IMG/VR virus record: IMGVR_UViG_3300037445_000059
Location: 1-36,014 of that record
Source of the DNA: a virus
Taxonomy: Duplodnaviria > Caudoviricetes
DNA: 36,014 nucleotides
Strand: one strand, 5' to 3'
Both the position numbers and the translations under genes were made by a program. Below, in pieces: positions 25,975-33,910 of the stretch. Below the pieces are notes generated by a model. It ran no database searches. It saw nothing but the letters and a program-made list of their open reading frames with translations, and had not been told where the DNA came from. Each line of letters opens with the position of its first letter. The stretch's first letter is position 1.

Positions 25975-27270
25975 ATGAAAGAAACCAAAGACGTAATTGC
26001 CTGCGTGGTAGACCACGGTATGATCGGTATTCCAATCGCTGAAAGACTAGCGCGTGACATGAAGCACGTGTACTTCTTCTCCGTATGGGAGGAAGGTCAA
26101 CCACAATTCTCCAAAGCCATCGTCGGGGATGGATTGGAAAACGTTGAGCGCGCTATTGACATATGGGACATCAAGAAGGAGGTCGATCTGTTTGTCTTTC
26201 CAGACGTTCAAGATGCAGGGTTGCAACTGGAACTCGAAAGTCAAGGTAAGGCCGTATGGGGTAGCCGCGATGGGGATATACAAGAGTTGGACCGTGAACT
26301 GTTCCTTAAGACCCTTGGGGAGATTGGATTACTGGTGCCACCGCATCAAACGGTCGTAGGCGTAGACGCGCTCCGAAAGTTTCTGAAAGAGAAAGAAGAC
26401 TACTACATTAAAATGAGTCTTTTTCGCGGGTCTTTTGAGACGAGTCATTGGCGTAGTTGGAAGCTTGACGCGTGCTGGTTAGACGGACTCGGAGTAAGGT
26501 TTGGACCTTTCGCCAACAAGATGCGATTTCTGGTGTTTCCAAACATAAACACACCTCTTGAAATAGGCGCGGATACGTTTTGCGTAGATGGTAAGTTTCC
26601 TTCAACAATGCTTCACGGAGTGGAGTGGAAAGATCGCGCGTATTTAGGAGCAGTAATGAAAGAAACACAAATGCCGGACCAGGTGCGCGAGGTGTTGAAG
26701 GCTTTTGGTCCGGTGATTGGAAAGGAGAAGTATCGGAATCAGTTTTCATGTGAGATTAGGGTGAAAGGGAAGGAGAGTTATTTTATTGATCCGACGTGCC
26801 GGTTTGGTTTGCCATCAACCGGGAGCCAATTAGAACTGTGGAAAAACTGGTCGGAAATTGTGTGGCATGGTGCGAATGGCCAGCTCGTTGAACCTGTTCC
26901 AACAGCGAAGTATAGCGCGGAGGCGATAGTGAAAATGGCAGGAGACCACTCCGAATGGCGAGTAGCTGATGTTGACAAAGGGCTTGCCAAGTGGTTAAAA
27001 CTTGCAGACTTTTGTCAATGTGACGGATTGACCTGTTTCCCAAATAGTGATAGTCCAGGCGGCGATGAGGTAGGATGGCTCGTTGCTTTAGGTGATACTC
27101 CTGAGGCGTGCGTGAAGCAGCTAAACAAGCACGCTGATATGTTGCCAGATGGTATGGACGCGAATACGGAATGTGTGGCATATGTGTTGAAGGAGATACA
27201 GCAGATGACGAAGCAGGGTATTAAGTTTGGCGATTGTCCGATCCCAAAGGCAGGGTTGGCGGTTGAGTAG
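25975..27270 (+). CDS. ATP-grasp enzyme, PurD (GAR synthetase)-like
   Basis: AVWGS....ELDR...K.L...GL.VP, YYIKMS, IDPTCRFGLP (PurD has EFNxRFGDP). Confidence 0.75.
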   Translation: MKETKDVIACVVDHGMIGIPIAERLARDMKHVYFFSVWEEGQPQFSKAIVGDGLENVERAIDIWDIKKEVDLFVFPDVQDAGLQLELESQGKAVWGSRDGDIQELDRELFLKTLGEIGLLVPPHQTVVGVDALRKFLKEKEDYYIKMSLFRGSFETSHWRSWKLDACWLDGLGVRFGPFANKMRFLVFPNINTPLEIGADTFCVDGKFPSTMLHGVEWKDRAYLGAVMKETQMPDQVREVLKAFGPVIGKEKYRNQFSCEIRVKGKESYFIDPTCRFGLPSTGSQLELWKNWSEIVWHGANGQLVEPVPTAKYSAEAIVKMAGDHSEWRVADVDKGLAKWLKLADFCQCDGLTCFPNSDSPGGDEVGWLVALGDTPEACVKQLNKHADMLPDGMDANTECVAYVLKEIQQMTKQGIKFGDCPIPKAGLAVE

Positions 27271-27430
27271 GGGTAGGGTTTTGCTGCGGTGGCGGGTGGG
27301 AGAGGTCGTAGATGACGTTATCGAGCCATGACTCAGCGTCGGTGATAGACCAAACGCCTTGTCGCATGAGGGAGAGAGTTGCACGAAAGGAGCGGGACAT
27401 ATCAAGTCCGCCTCGTTGGTAGTCGGTCAT
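27221..27430 (-). CDS. Hypothetical protein (69 aa)
   Basis: Leader TAAAACTAAAATG identical to that of gene 19873; overlaps the ATP-grasp 3' end by 50 bp. Confidence 0.5.
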   Translation of the reverse strand: MTDYQRGGLDMSRSFRATLSLMRQGVWSITDAESWLDNVIYDLSHPPPQQNPTPTQPPTLPLGSDNRQT

Positions 27431-27439
27431 TTTAGTTTT

Positions 27440-27480
27440 AAATGGACGCGCCGATACTATTTTCTAAGCACGGCGCGTCC
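27440..27480 (-). terminator. Strong hairpin, probable terminator near the convergence of the two operons
   Basis: 10-bp perfect stem GGACGCGCCG/CGGCGCGTCC (27444-27480), extendable on the minus strand, followed by ATTT. Confidence 0.5.
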
Positions 27481-27500
27481 GTGAAAGGTCGTGAACTTAA

Positions 27501-27965
27501 TTATGCGCCAGTGCCGCCACCGCCGGACTTGCAGTAGTTTGCTTTAATCCAAATTAGGTTAAAGTAGGAGCCGCTGTTAGGACAGGCGCAGCTTATGCTT
27601 ACTTGTAGAGTAAGGTTTACAAGGCTGCCGACATTCTGCGGTTCGGGCGGGTCTTGGGTCAGTCCGCCTTGCGCGTTGCAATACGCGAATGTGACCGATC
27701 CCCAAGTGTATCCCCCACAATTCGGCGGGGTGATAATAATGTAGTCACCGTTGGACAGCCCGTACATGCCGTCTGCGGCAGCGTTGGCTCTGGTGACCGA
27801 GTAACTGAGAGTCCTTCCAAGCACAGAGACAGTTCCCCCGGCCTGAAAGAAGGCCATGTCAGGCGTCCAGTACAGCGGGCAGTTGCCTACTGCTTCGGCT
27901 TTTTGTGTGAGTGTTAAACCCGCAAAGAGGACCAGTGCGGCCAATAAGCTAAACGGTTTTTTCAT
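27501..27965 (-). CDS. Secreted Cys-rich protein (154 aa)
   Basis: ATG at 27965 after CCAAACCAAACC; signal peptide MKKPFSLLAALVLFAGLTLTQKAEA; six Cys in the mature part. Confidence 0.75.
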   Translation of the reverse strand: MKKPFSLLAALVLFAGLTLTQKAEAVGNCPLYWTPDMAFFQAGGTVSVLGRTLSYSVTRANAAADGMYGLSNGDYIIITPPNCGGYTWGSVTFAYCNAQGGLTQDPPEPQNVGSLVNLTLQVSISCACPNSGSYFNLIWIKANYCKSGGGGTGA

Positions 27966-27996
27966 GGTTTGGTTTGGTGTTTTGGTTAGCAGACAT

Positions 27997-28362
27997 TCAT
28001 TGTGGCTCCTTCCATCGGCCAATCGTGCGTAGCAATGCCTCGCGGCGTTGTGCGGCGGTGGCGTGTAGGGTGAAATATCGCAGGTGAACCATGTCGTTTT
28101 TGAACGCAACATCAATTCGACCAAAGTCGGTGTCGTGCATAACAGCCATCAACTCGCTGCTGTATTTGGCGAGGCGTTTTTTCCAACCGTCGCCGGTCAA
28201 TAGCTGCTTCTCCGCCTCGTGCGTGGCGTTCAGGTCGGAGCCGTAGTCGGGTGGACCCTTTACTCCATAATTTCCAGTTGGGTCTGACCACCACAGTCCA
28301 GTAGGGTCAAGCTTCCACCCGCACCACTCGGCAACCGCGATGTTTTGTTCGTCGTTGGTCAT
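27997..28362 (-). CDS. Phage ABA-sandwich-like domain protein
   Basis: NIAVAEWCGW...PDYGSDLNATHEAE...HATAAQRREALLRTIG pattern. Confidence 0.6.
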   Translation of the reverse strand: MTNDEQNIAVAEWCGWKLDPTGLWWSDPTGNYGVKGPPDYGSDLNATHEAEKQLLTGDGWKKRLAKYSSELMAVMHDTDFGRIDVAFKNDMVHLRYFTLHATAAQRREALLRTIGRWKEPQ

Positions 28363-28661
28363 TGCGTTACCTCTCCGCTTTGTATGAACCCGTGCCAGTG
28401 GCCGTGAAATTCAGTGTTTACAGATGGAGCAAGTGAGAGCGTTTCAAATGTATCACCAACGCGATTCCATTTAAGTTGTCCCGGCAGCGGAAATTCTCCA
28501 CCAAACTTTTGAATCCATCCCTTTGGGTCAATAAATGGCGTGAACATTACGGCAAGTCTCTGCTCCCGGCAGTGAGGGCAATCAAAGCGTATTCCGAAAA
28601 TCACCATGTCTGGTTCATGGCCAACGCCGATCCATTTTGGATTTAGTTCAGTGAGTTTCAT
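28359..28661 (-). CDS. DUF6527-like metal-binding protein (100 aa)
   Basis: FDCPHC...W.R.GDTFETLSLAPSV...HWHGFI..GEV; ATGA overlaps at both ends. Confidence 0.6.
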   Translation of the reverse strand: MKLTELNPKWIGVGHEPDMVIFGIRFDCPHCREQRLAVMFTPFIDPKGWIQKFGGEFPLPGQLKWNRVGDTFETLSLAPSVNTEFHGHWHGFIQSGEVTQ

Positions 28662-29029
28662 TGCGTGTCCTTTAGGGCTTCTTCGCACGTTTCGTTTACC
28701 AAACCGGCTAGCTCGTCGAATGTCATATCCGGTGTGCCGCATGCGCTCCGTCCAAAACCGTAGAGTGTTTCAATCGCCTTCCGATACCGCTCCATCTTGG
28801 CGAGCAGTGCGCGGCCTGCGGTGGCGTGATCTAGTTTCCGTCTAAGTTCATTTGTGGTCATCCCATACTCAAGCATTCGCCTTTCAGTAAACTCCATTAA
28901 CTCCCTCATCGCCGCTACCGTCGCATCCCGCTCCGCAAGCTGTGCTCGTAGGTCGGACACTTCAGCAATAGACTTACGTAGCTGATCTTCGCGTTGTAAC
29001 AAAACGTATTGTGTTTCTTCGAGTGTCAT
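28658..29029 (-). CDS. Hypothetical coiled-coil protein
   Basis: ATGA-coupled to both neighbours. Confidence 0.7.
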   Translation of the reverse strand: MTLEETQYVLLQREDQLRKSIAEVSDLRAQLAERDATVAAMRELMEFTERRMLEYGMTTNELRRKLDHATAGRALLAKMERYRKAIETLYGFGRSACGTPDMTFDELAGLVNETCEEALKDTQ

Positions 29030-29259
29030 TCACCTTCTCCTATCGTTATTAGTTTTTGTTTAACCGCCATGCGAATCAAATCCGCTGTACATTTCACCTT
29101 CATCTTACGATAAAGCGCAGCGCGTTGGTGCACTATGGTAGAATACGAGAGCTTGTGGTCAAAGGCGATTTCTTTGTTGGTTTTGCCTTCGCCAATGTCT
29201 TTGAGAACAGCTAGTTCTCGCGGCGTAAGCTTAATGGCGGTAGTTTGGTTTGAACTCAT
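29026..29259 (-). CDS. Stand-alone LuxR/GerE-type HTH regulator
   Basis: LTPRELAVL..IGEGKTNKEIA..L.LSYSTI..Q...LYRKM.V...ADLIRMA. Confidence 0.9.
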   Translation of the reverse strand: MSSNQTTAIKLTPRELAVLKDIGEGKTNKEIAFDHKLSYSTIVHQRAALYRKMKVKCTADLIRMAVKQKLITIGEGE

Positions 29260-29603
29260 GACATTTTATCCTTGCGTTGTTTTGCGGCAGCGTCAGAGTA
29301 CTTCTTGCCGTAGCGAATAGTGAGTTTGTCTATGTTATGTTTCAAGCATTCCTCACGAGTAATACCCATACCTTGACGTAAACCCTCCATGTAGAATTCT
29401 AGGTCACCGAGTTCTTCGATAACGTTGTCTACGTCGATCGGTTGGTTGTAGATTGTGTGCTTCTTTACTGCGTCGATTAGCTCACCAGCCTCACCACAAA
29501 TTCCAATCGCCATGTGCATTTGGTGTGCCCCGAGCGGAGTCATTTCACGAACGATGTCACTACCTGGCTTTGCTAACGCACTAACAAGTTCTGCATGTGT
29601 CAT
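29256..29603 (-). CDS. MazG-like nucleotide pyrophosphohydrolase
   Basis: GICGEAGELIDAVKK...EELGDLEFY...NIDKL..RY. Confidence 0.85.
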   Translation of the reverse strand: MTHAELVSALAKPGSDIVREMTPLGAHQMHMAIGICGEAGELIDAVKKHTIYNQPIDVDNVIEELGDLEFYMEGLRQGMGITREECLKHNIDKLTIRYGKKYSDAAAKQRKDKMS

Positions 29604-29608
29604 ATGTT

Positions 29609-30844
29609 TTATGTTTTAGTTATTTTAATTATACCGTCTTTTACTAGTTCTTCCTTCTTACCCGGCAAGAACAACATCCAATCTTCCTTGCCGTTTTTCA
29701 TTTTCCACATCATTCGGGTGATTTGGTCGGTTTCTTCTAAGTGCCGGAGAATAGAAGCGGTCTCACTCCAATTGCAGTCTATCTCCACAAGGCGTTTTAC
29801 TTCCTTTTCTGGCATAAACCCGCCGTTCGCCTTTATAGCTTCTAGTGTTCGTTGCTGCACAGCCGCAAGCTCATTACGCCCAGCGGCTTGCGAGAGTCTA
29901 GGCATGTTTTCTTCGAGTATGTCGAGAAAGGAGACCGCTTCCTCTAGCAGGTCGTCCGTGAATAATAGCATTGGCTTTGGTGACACAGCGTCTAGTGCCA
30001 TGGCAACCTTGAATAATTGGATGTGCTTAGTTCCAATGTACCCCGCCATGAGAGGGTTATTCGGCAGGTTACGCTGTTTTTGTTCGTACCAAGGTCGATA
30101 CCATTTACGACCAGAATCGGCCCACTTATATTGTCCAACGAGGGAAGCAGCGTTTTTAAGGTGGCCGACGATGCGATCTCTGGCGTCAACGGCTGCGGAG
30201 TCGAGGTCGATGAAGGCTTTTGGTTCAGCGCGGTCCAAAACGTACACATAAATAATGCGCCTACTAAAGCCGCCGCTAACGATGTCATTTTTGAGGTTGT
30301 TGATAAGCCAGTCGGGGTTTTCACACGCGAGTATATTGAGACTAGGATTAACAATAGACTCAACTCCACGCTTAATTGTGCTAGAGTCAAAAGGGTCGAC
30401 GCGGTCATAAATATCGGTAAGAAAAGCTAACATTCGTGACGGACTATAAGCAATAAAATTCTTAAACTCGTTCATGTAGAACGCGTACGCAGCAAAAGTA
30501 GACTGCTCTCCAAGTTCATTAGTATAACTTCTGGGGAAGTCTTCTTTGGCCATATTTGACACAATGTCCTCGGCGGATTGTGTTGAGGCCCCGATATTGT
30601 AATTTGGGCACGCCAACTTGAAAAATCGTTTAGCGAAGTCGCAAGAAACAGATTTACCGTTTCCTTGTGGTCCAACCAACATAACGTACATATTGCCGTG
30701 GATGACAATATCCCCATGTCGGAAATGAATCTTGCGATTGACGACAGCTCCGATGGTGGCGATGGCGGACCAGTAGACGTAGTGGGTTGGGATTTCATAG
30801 TATGAATGGTAGAGCACGTAATCTGCCATGAAGGGGTTTGCCAT
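29609..30844 (-). CDS. DUF3987-like P-loop NTPase (replicative helicase-type)
   Basis: NMYVMLVGPQGNGKS Walker A, YMNEF Walker B-like, GGFSRRIIYV; next to the DNA polymerase. Confidence 0.75.
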   Translation of the reverse strand: MANPFMADYVLYHSYYEIPTHYVYWSAIATIGAVVNRKIHFRHGDIVIHGNMYVMLVGPQGNGKSVSCDFAKRFFKLACPNYNIGASTQSAEDIVSNMAKEDFPRSYTNELGEQSTFAAYAFYMNEFKNFIAYSPSRMLAFLTDIYDRVDPFDSSTIKRGVESIVNPSLNILACENPDWLINNLKNDIVSGGFSRRIIYVYVLDRAEPKAFIDLDSAAVDARDRIVGHLKNAASLVGQYKWADSGRKWYRPWYEQKQRNLPNNPLMAGYIGTKHIQLFKVAMALDAVSPKPMLLFTDDLLEEAVSFLDILEENMPRLSQAAGRNELAAVQQRTLEAIKANGGFMPEKEVKRLVEIDCNWSETASILRHLEETDQITRMMWKMKNGKEDWMLFLPGKKEELVKDGIIKITKT

Positions 30845-30880
30845 TGGTGGTGGTAGTAGCGGTAAGGTTCAAGCTTGTAG

Positions 30881-30907
30881 AGTATTGCCCAGGAATTGAG
30901 CAAGACT
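30881..30907. repeat. 27-bp palindromic motif, copy 8
   Basis: AGTATTGCCCA-GGAAT-TGAGCAAGACT, intergenic between polymerase and NTPase genes. Confidence 0.85.
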
Positions 30908-30917
30908 AGGGGTAGAG

Positions 30918-33713
30918 TTAAATGTCCCCTACTTTCGCCTTGTCATCCATGCTCCAATTCGTACCATAAGATCCAGAAAACGGTATCGTAAGCGTGATTC
31001 CCGCGATACACAACGGATTATCGAACCACTGCTTAATCTTAGCAGGTGCCCAGGACGCGTCGGATTTACGGAATTGGCCGTCGAGGGAGTCGTGTACGGT
31101 GTGGAGAGGTTCAATTCGGAGTGCACGTGATCGACCAACTCCATTAATTCCTTCGGGTAAGGAGCCGTCCTTCCAAAAACGTGTCCGATTTTCGGGGTCA
31201 TGCCAGAGTCGGTAGAGTGCTCGTTTGACTGCGTAGGTGGTGTTTTCTTGTGGTTCATTTGCGAGGGCCTGTGAGAGTATTTCTGTTGGTCGACCGAAGA
31301 ATTTACGAGAGTGGCCAGACGCGCCGGTAAGGGAAGGCGGGTATGGTCGGTTCTTGAGGCGACGTCCGACAGCGTCATGCCAGACGTTTGGTTCGTAGCA
31401 GGCGAATACAGCGTTACGGAAGTCGCGCACGTCGTTACGAGACATTGCGATTTTACCTTCAGATTGTGCGAGGATAACGTCGGACAAAAGGTCTGGTCCC
31501 ATGAGGTAACAGATACCCCAGATGCCTATTTTGCACGCGAAGTAGTCCCAATCGTGCGAGGAGACTTCTTTAAGGAGTTCTTTGATTTCTGGTCGGGTTT
31601 TACCTTGGAGCGAGGTCGTACCGTGTCGAAGCATGTAGCAGACGCGCTGCGCGGGTTTGATTTTCGCACGGAGGTCTTCGAGCATGGCGGGACGTCCGAG
31701 AGAGTAAAGGTGCGCTCCAATAGTCCAGCCATCCGCTCCGGAAAGGTCACATTTAAAAAGGTAGCAGTCATCGTCTGCAATAAATAGGTCGCGCATTCCC
31801 TCACGTAAAAAGTCGCCCTCTTTGCGGAGAGTGTTTTCTTCAGGTATGGTTTGAAGGTTGTAACCACTGCCGGTTGGTGAGGTGTAGCAGGTAATGCGAG
31901 ACGTTTCAGTACCAACGATATTGTAACCCGCCCGGACTCGTCCATCTCTATCAGCGTGGATCGCCAACATTTGGGATCGCGTGCGGAGTTCTTGTATAGA
32001 GATAGCAAGTTCCAACACTCGTCGTTGAAGATCTGTCGTAGCCTTTTTGGTGAGGGTGACAAGGGCGAGGTAGTCGGTAGTGGGCTTTTTGGACTTGGGG
32101 TCGAGCTGGACCGGGAGCTTGAGTGTGGCATATAGGTAGGTTTTAAAGTCTGGACCTTTGGTGTTGAGGTTGTTACCGAGAATGATGGAGAGGGTGCCGC
32201 GAGTGGTGGGGGTCAAAGGTTCAGACCCTAAAAGGATCTTGACCGCCGTGGCATAATCTTCCTCGGAACCAGCTTTTGGATGTGTGGGGTCTGCTTTGTA
32301 ACAGATTTCGGCTTGTACGAGTTTGAGAAGTTCGGACTTGGTAAGGGTGTCGGGGAAGCCGAAGTGCGATATAACGTTGAGTTGGTGTTGAAGTTCATGA
32401 ATACGTTGGTCGACGAGGTATTTGCGGTGTCGGGCGAGAGCGACGTCGTAGCGGATGCCACGCAACTCCATGTAGAGGAGCGGGTTTAGAAGGGCAACGT
32501 TAAATCCATAATGTGTTCTCGCTGAACCACTAATCCACTTTTCCACTTTCCCGTTAATTTCGTGTGTTGTAGCAGAATCTCGACAACAATACTCCCAGAA
32601 GGTTTCTTGGTTATCAGTACGACGATCGGATTTATAGTATGGCTCATCAGTGTAAAGGGAACATTGAAACCCGAGGCTCTTCTCAAGTTCACAGTATAAC
32701 TCCCAGTGTTTAAGCATAGTGTCGTCCACGACCCCCCGAACAATGATGCCGTAGGAATAGTGAAGGACGAATCGGTCATACAGCGAGTTCTGTAAGACTT
32801 TAGGTATAGAAACGTCTCCAAGGACTTTGGAGACTTCCTGGAAGAGTATGACTTCTTCATTTAAGCTCCACAAAGATTGTCCAGTCAGAGTTGTGAATGG
32901 CACTATGAATGACGTGGATGGCGACGTCGCCAACGATAAGCAACTCATCGTTCCCACCCCACCTTCGATATCGACGGACACGAGCGGTTTGTCTCGCTGG
33001 ATTTCTTTTAGAGCGTTTAGAATCTCTGCGAAGTTTAGCTTTACCCGCAGCGACCGCACGGGCAATGTGAGCGTTGGTGATTTTGCTTGGGGACATACTT
33101 TGAATAGGAGGTCTAGTAGGATTGTCGGCATCCACTCGAATGTGCGCATCGCGGCAGCGGGATGGTAACTGGCGACGCATTTGCAGTTGGGGTAGGGGGA
33201 GTTGTAATGGGACAAAAACAAGGAGCCACGCCAGTCGCCTATTGCGTTGGGGAAGACGAAGGCGGGGCCGTCTTTGGTGGTTTTGCGCTTAGGTACGGCT
33301 GTAATGCCTTCTTTGAAAGCATGTAACGCCGAACCGCCGAGACACCAAATAATGTTAGGCTTGAAGCGGTCCAGATCACGAGTAAGGTTTGCAAGACCGT
33401 TTTGAATGGGTTCACCGTCCCAGGTGAAGTTAGCGATTTTGTTGCCAGCAGGCTGGTGGTTGCATATGTTGCCAACGAAACAAGCATCGCGTAGAATACC
33501 CACCTTAGAAAGGTACTTATCAAGTTCTCGACCTGACGCGCCCATGAATGGACGGTGAAGAGCAACCTCGTCCGAACCGGGAGCTTCGCCCACGATAGCA
33601 ATTCGGTAGGGGACGTCGGTGACGATGGGGAAGATGTTGTGGACGGTTGTGCTTGAGGGGGCGGAGACTCCGGCAGAGTCGTCGAGGAGGTCGTCATAGA
33701 AGTCTTTGGACAT
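30918..33713 (-). CDS. polA: Family A DNA polymerase with N-terminal UDG (family 4-like) and 3'-5' exonuclease domains
   Basis: UDG: IVGEAPG..E....PFMGASG, YHPAA; exo: VDIEG, QNSLYD, DDTML, YCCRDS; pol: GTETSRI, NLQTIP, motif A DLSGAD, motif B K...W...Y, motif C VHDSL. Confidence 0.9.
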   Translation of the reverse strand: MSKDFYDDLLDDSAGVSAPSSTTVHNIFPIVTDVPYRIAIVGEAPGSDEVALHRPFMGASGRELDKYLSKVGILRDACFVGNICNHQPAGNKIANFTWDGEPIQNGLANLTRDLDRFKPNIIWCLGGSALHAFKEGITAVPKRKTTKDGPAFVFPNAIGDWRGSLFLSHYNSPYPNCKCVASYHPAAAMRTFEWMPTILLDLLFKVCPQAKSPTLTLPVRSLRVKLNFAEILNALKEIQRDKPLVSVDIEGGVGTMSCLSLATSPSTSFIVPFTTLTGQSLWSLNEEVILFQEVSKVLGDVSIPKVLQNSLYDRFVLHYSYGIIVRGVVDDTMLKHWELYCELEKSLGFQCSLYTDEPYYKSDRRTDNQETFWEYCCRDSATTHEINGKVEKWISGSARTHYGFNVALLNPLLYMELRGIRYDVALARHRKYLVDQRIHELQHQLNVISHFGFPDTLTKSELLKLVQAEICYKADPTHPKAGSEEDYATAVKILLGSEPLTPTTRGTLSIILGNNLNTKGPDFKTYLYATLKLPVQLDPKSKKPTTDYLALVTLTKKATTDLQRRVLELAISIQELRTRSQMLAIHADRDGRVRAGYNIVGTETSRITCYTSPTGSGYNLQTIPEENTLRKEGDFLREGMRDLFIADDDCYLFKCDLSGADGWTIGAHLYSLGRPAMLEDLRAKIKPAQRVCYMLRHGTTSLQGKTRPEIKELLKEVSSHDWDYFACKIGIWGICYLMGPDLLSDVILAQSEGKIAMSRNDVRDFRNAVFACYEPNVWHDAVGRRLKNRPYPPSLTGASGHSRKFFGRPTEILSQALANEPQENTTYAVKRALYRLWHDPENRTRFWKDGSLPEGINGVGRSRALRIEPLHTVHDSLDGQFRKSDASWAPAKIKQWFDNPLCIAGITLTIPFSGSYGTNWSMDDKAKVGDI

Positions 33714-33714
33714 T

Positions 33715-33897
33715 TTAGTCTTTGGCTAGTTCGTTAATGATTGCGAGGAGTATTTCTTCACGTACGAGCAACGGGAGGTCGTCGTATGGAGTGTCGTGAA
33801 GTGCACGATTTCGGTAAATGTGCACGATTGTCGCACCACGGACATGGATTTCGTAGAAATCCCCGGTGAAGGAGTTGAGATGAATACGGCGGTTCAT
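33715..33897 (-). CDS. Hypothetical protein (60 aa)
   Basis: Fills the gap between MTase and polymerase; A-rich leader. Confidence 0.65.
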   Translation of the reverse strand: MNRRIHLNSFTGDFYEIHVRGATIVHIYRNRALHDTPYDDLPLLVREEILLAIINELAKD

Positions 33898-33910
33898 TTC
33901 GTTTTAGGTG

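Noticed and set aside
25975-27270. Calling the ATP-grasp gene purD (auxiliary purine synthesis) or purZ
   Set aside because: Active-site motifs diverge from PurD, and PurZ belongs to the PurA family, not ATP-grasp
27966-28124. Long N-terminal extension of ORF 27501-28124
   Set aside because: Overlaps gene 27997-28362; the signal peptide and leader point to ATG 27965
484-30907. 27-bp repeats as CRISPR repeats, dif/att sites or CIRCE elements
   Set aside because: Copies are kilobases apart with no spacer array; central spacers differ, which would block tyrosine-recombinase exchange, and no recombinase is in the window; arms do not match CIRCE (TTAGCACTC-N9-GAGTGCTAA)
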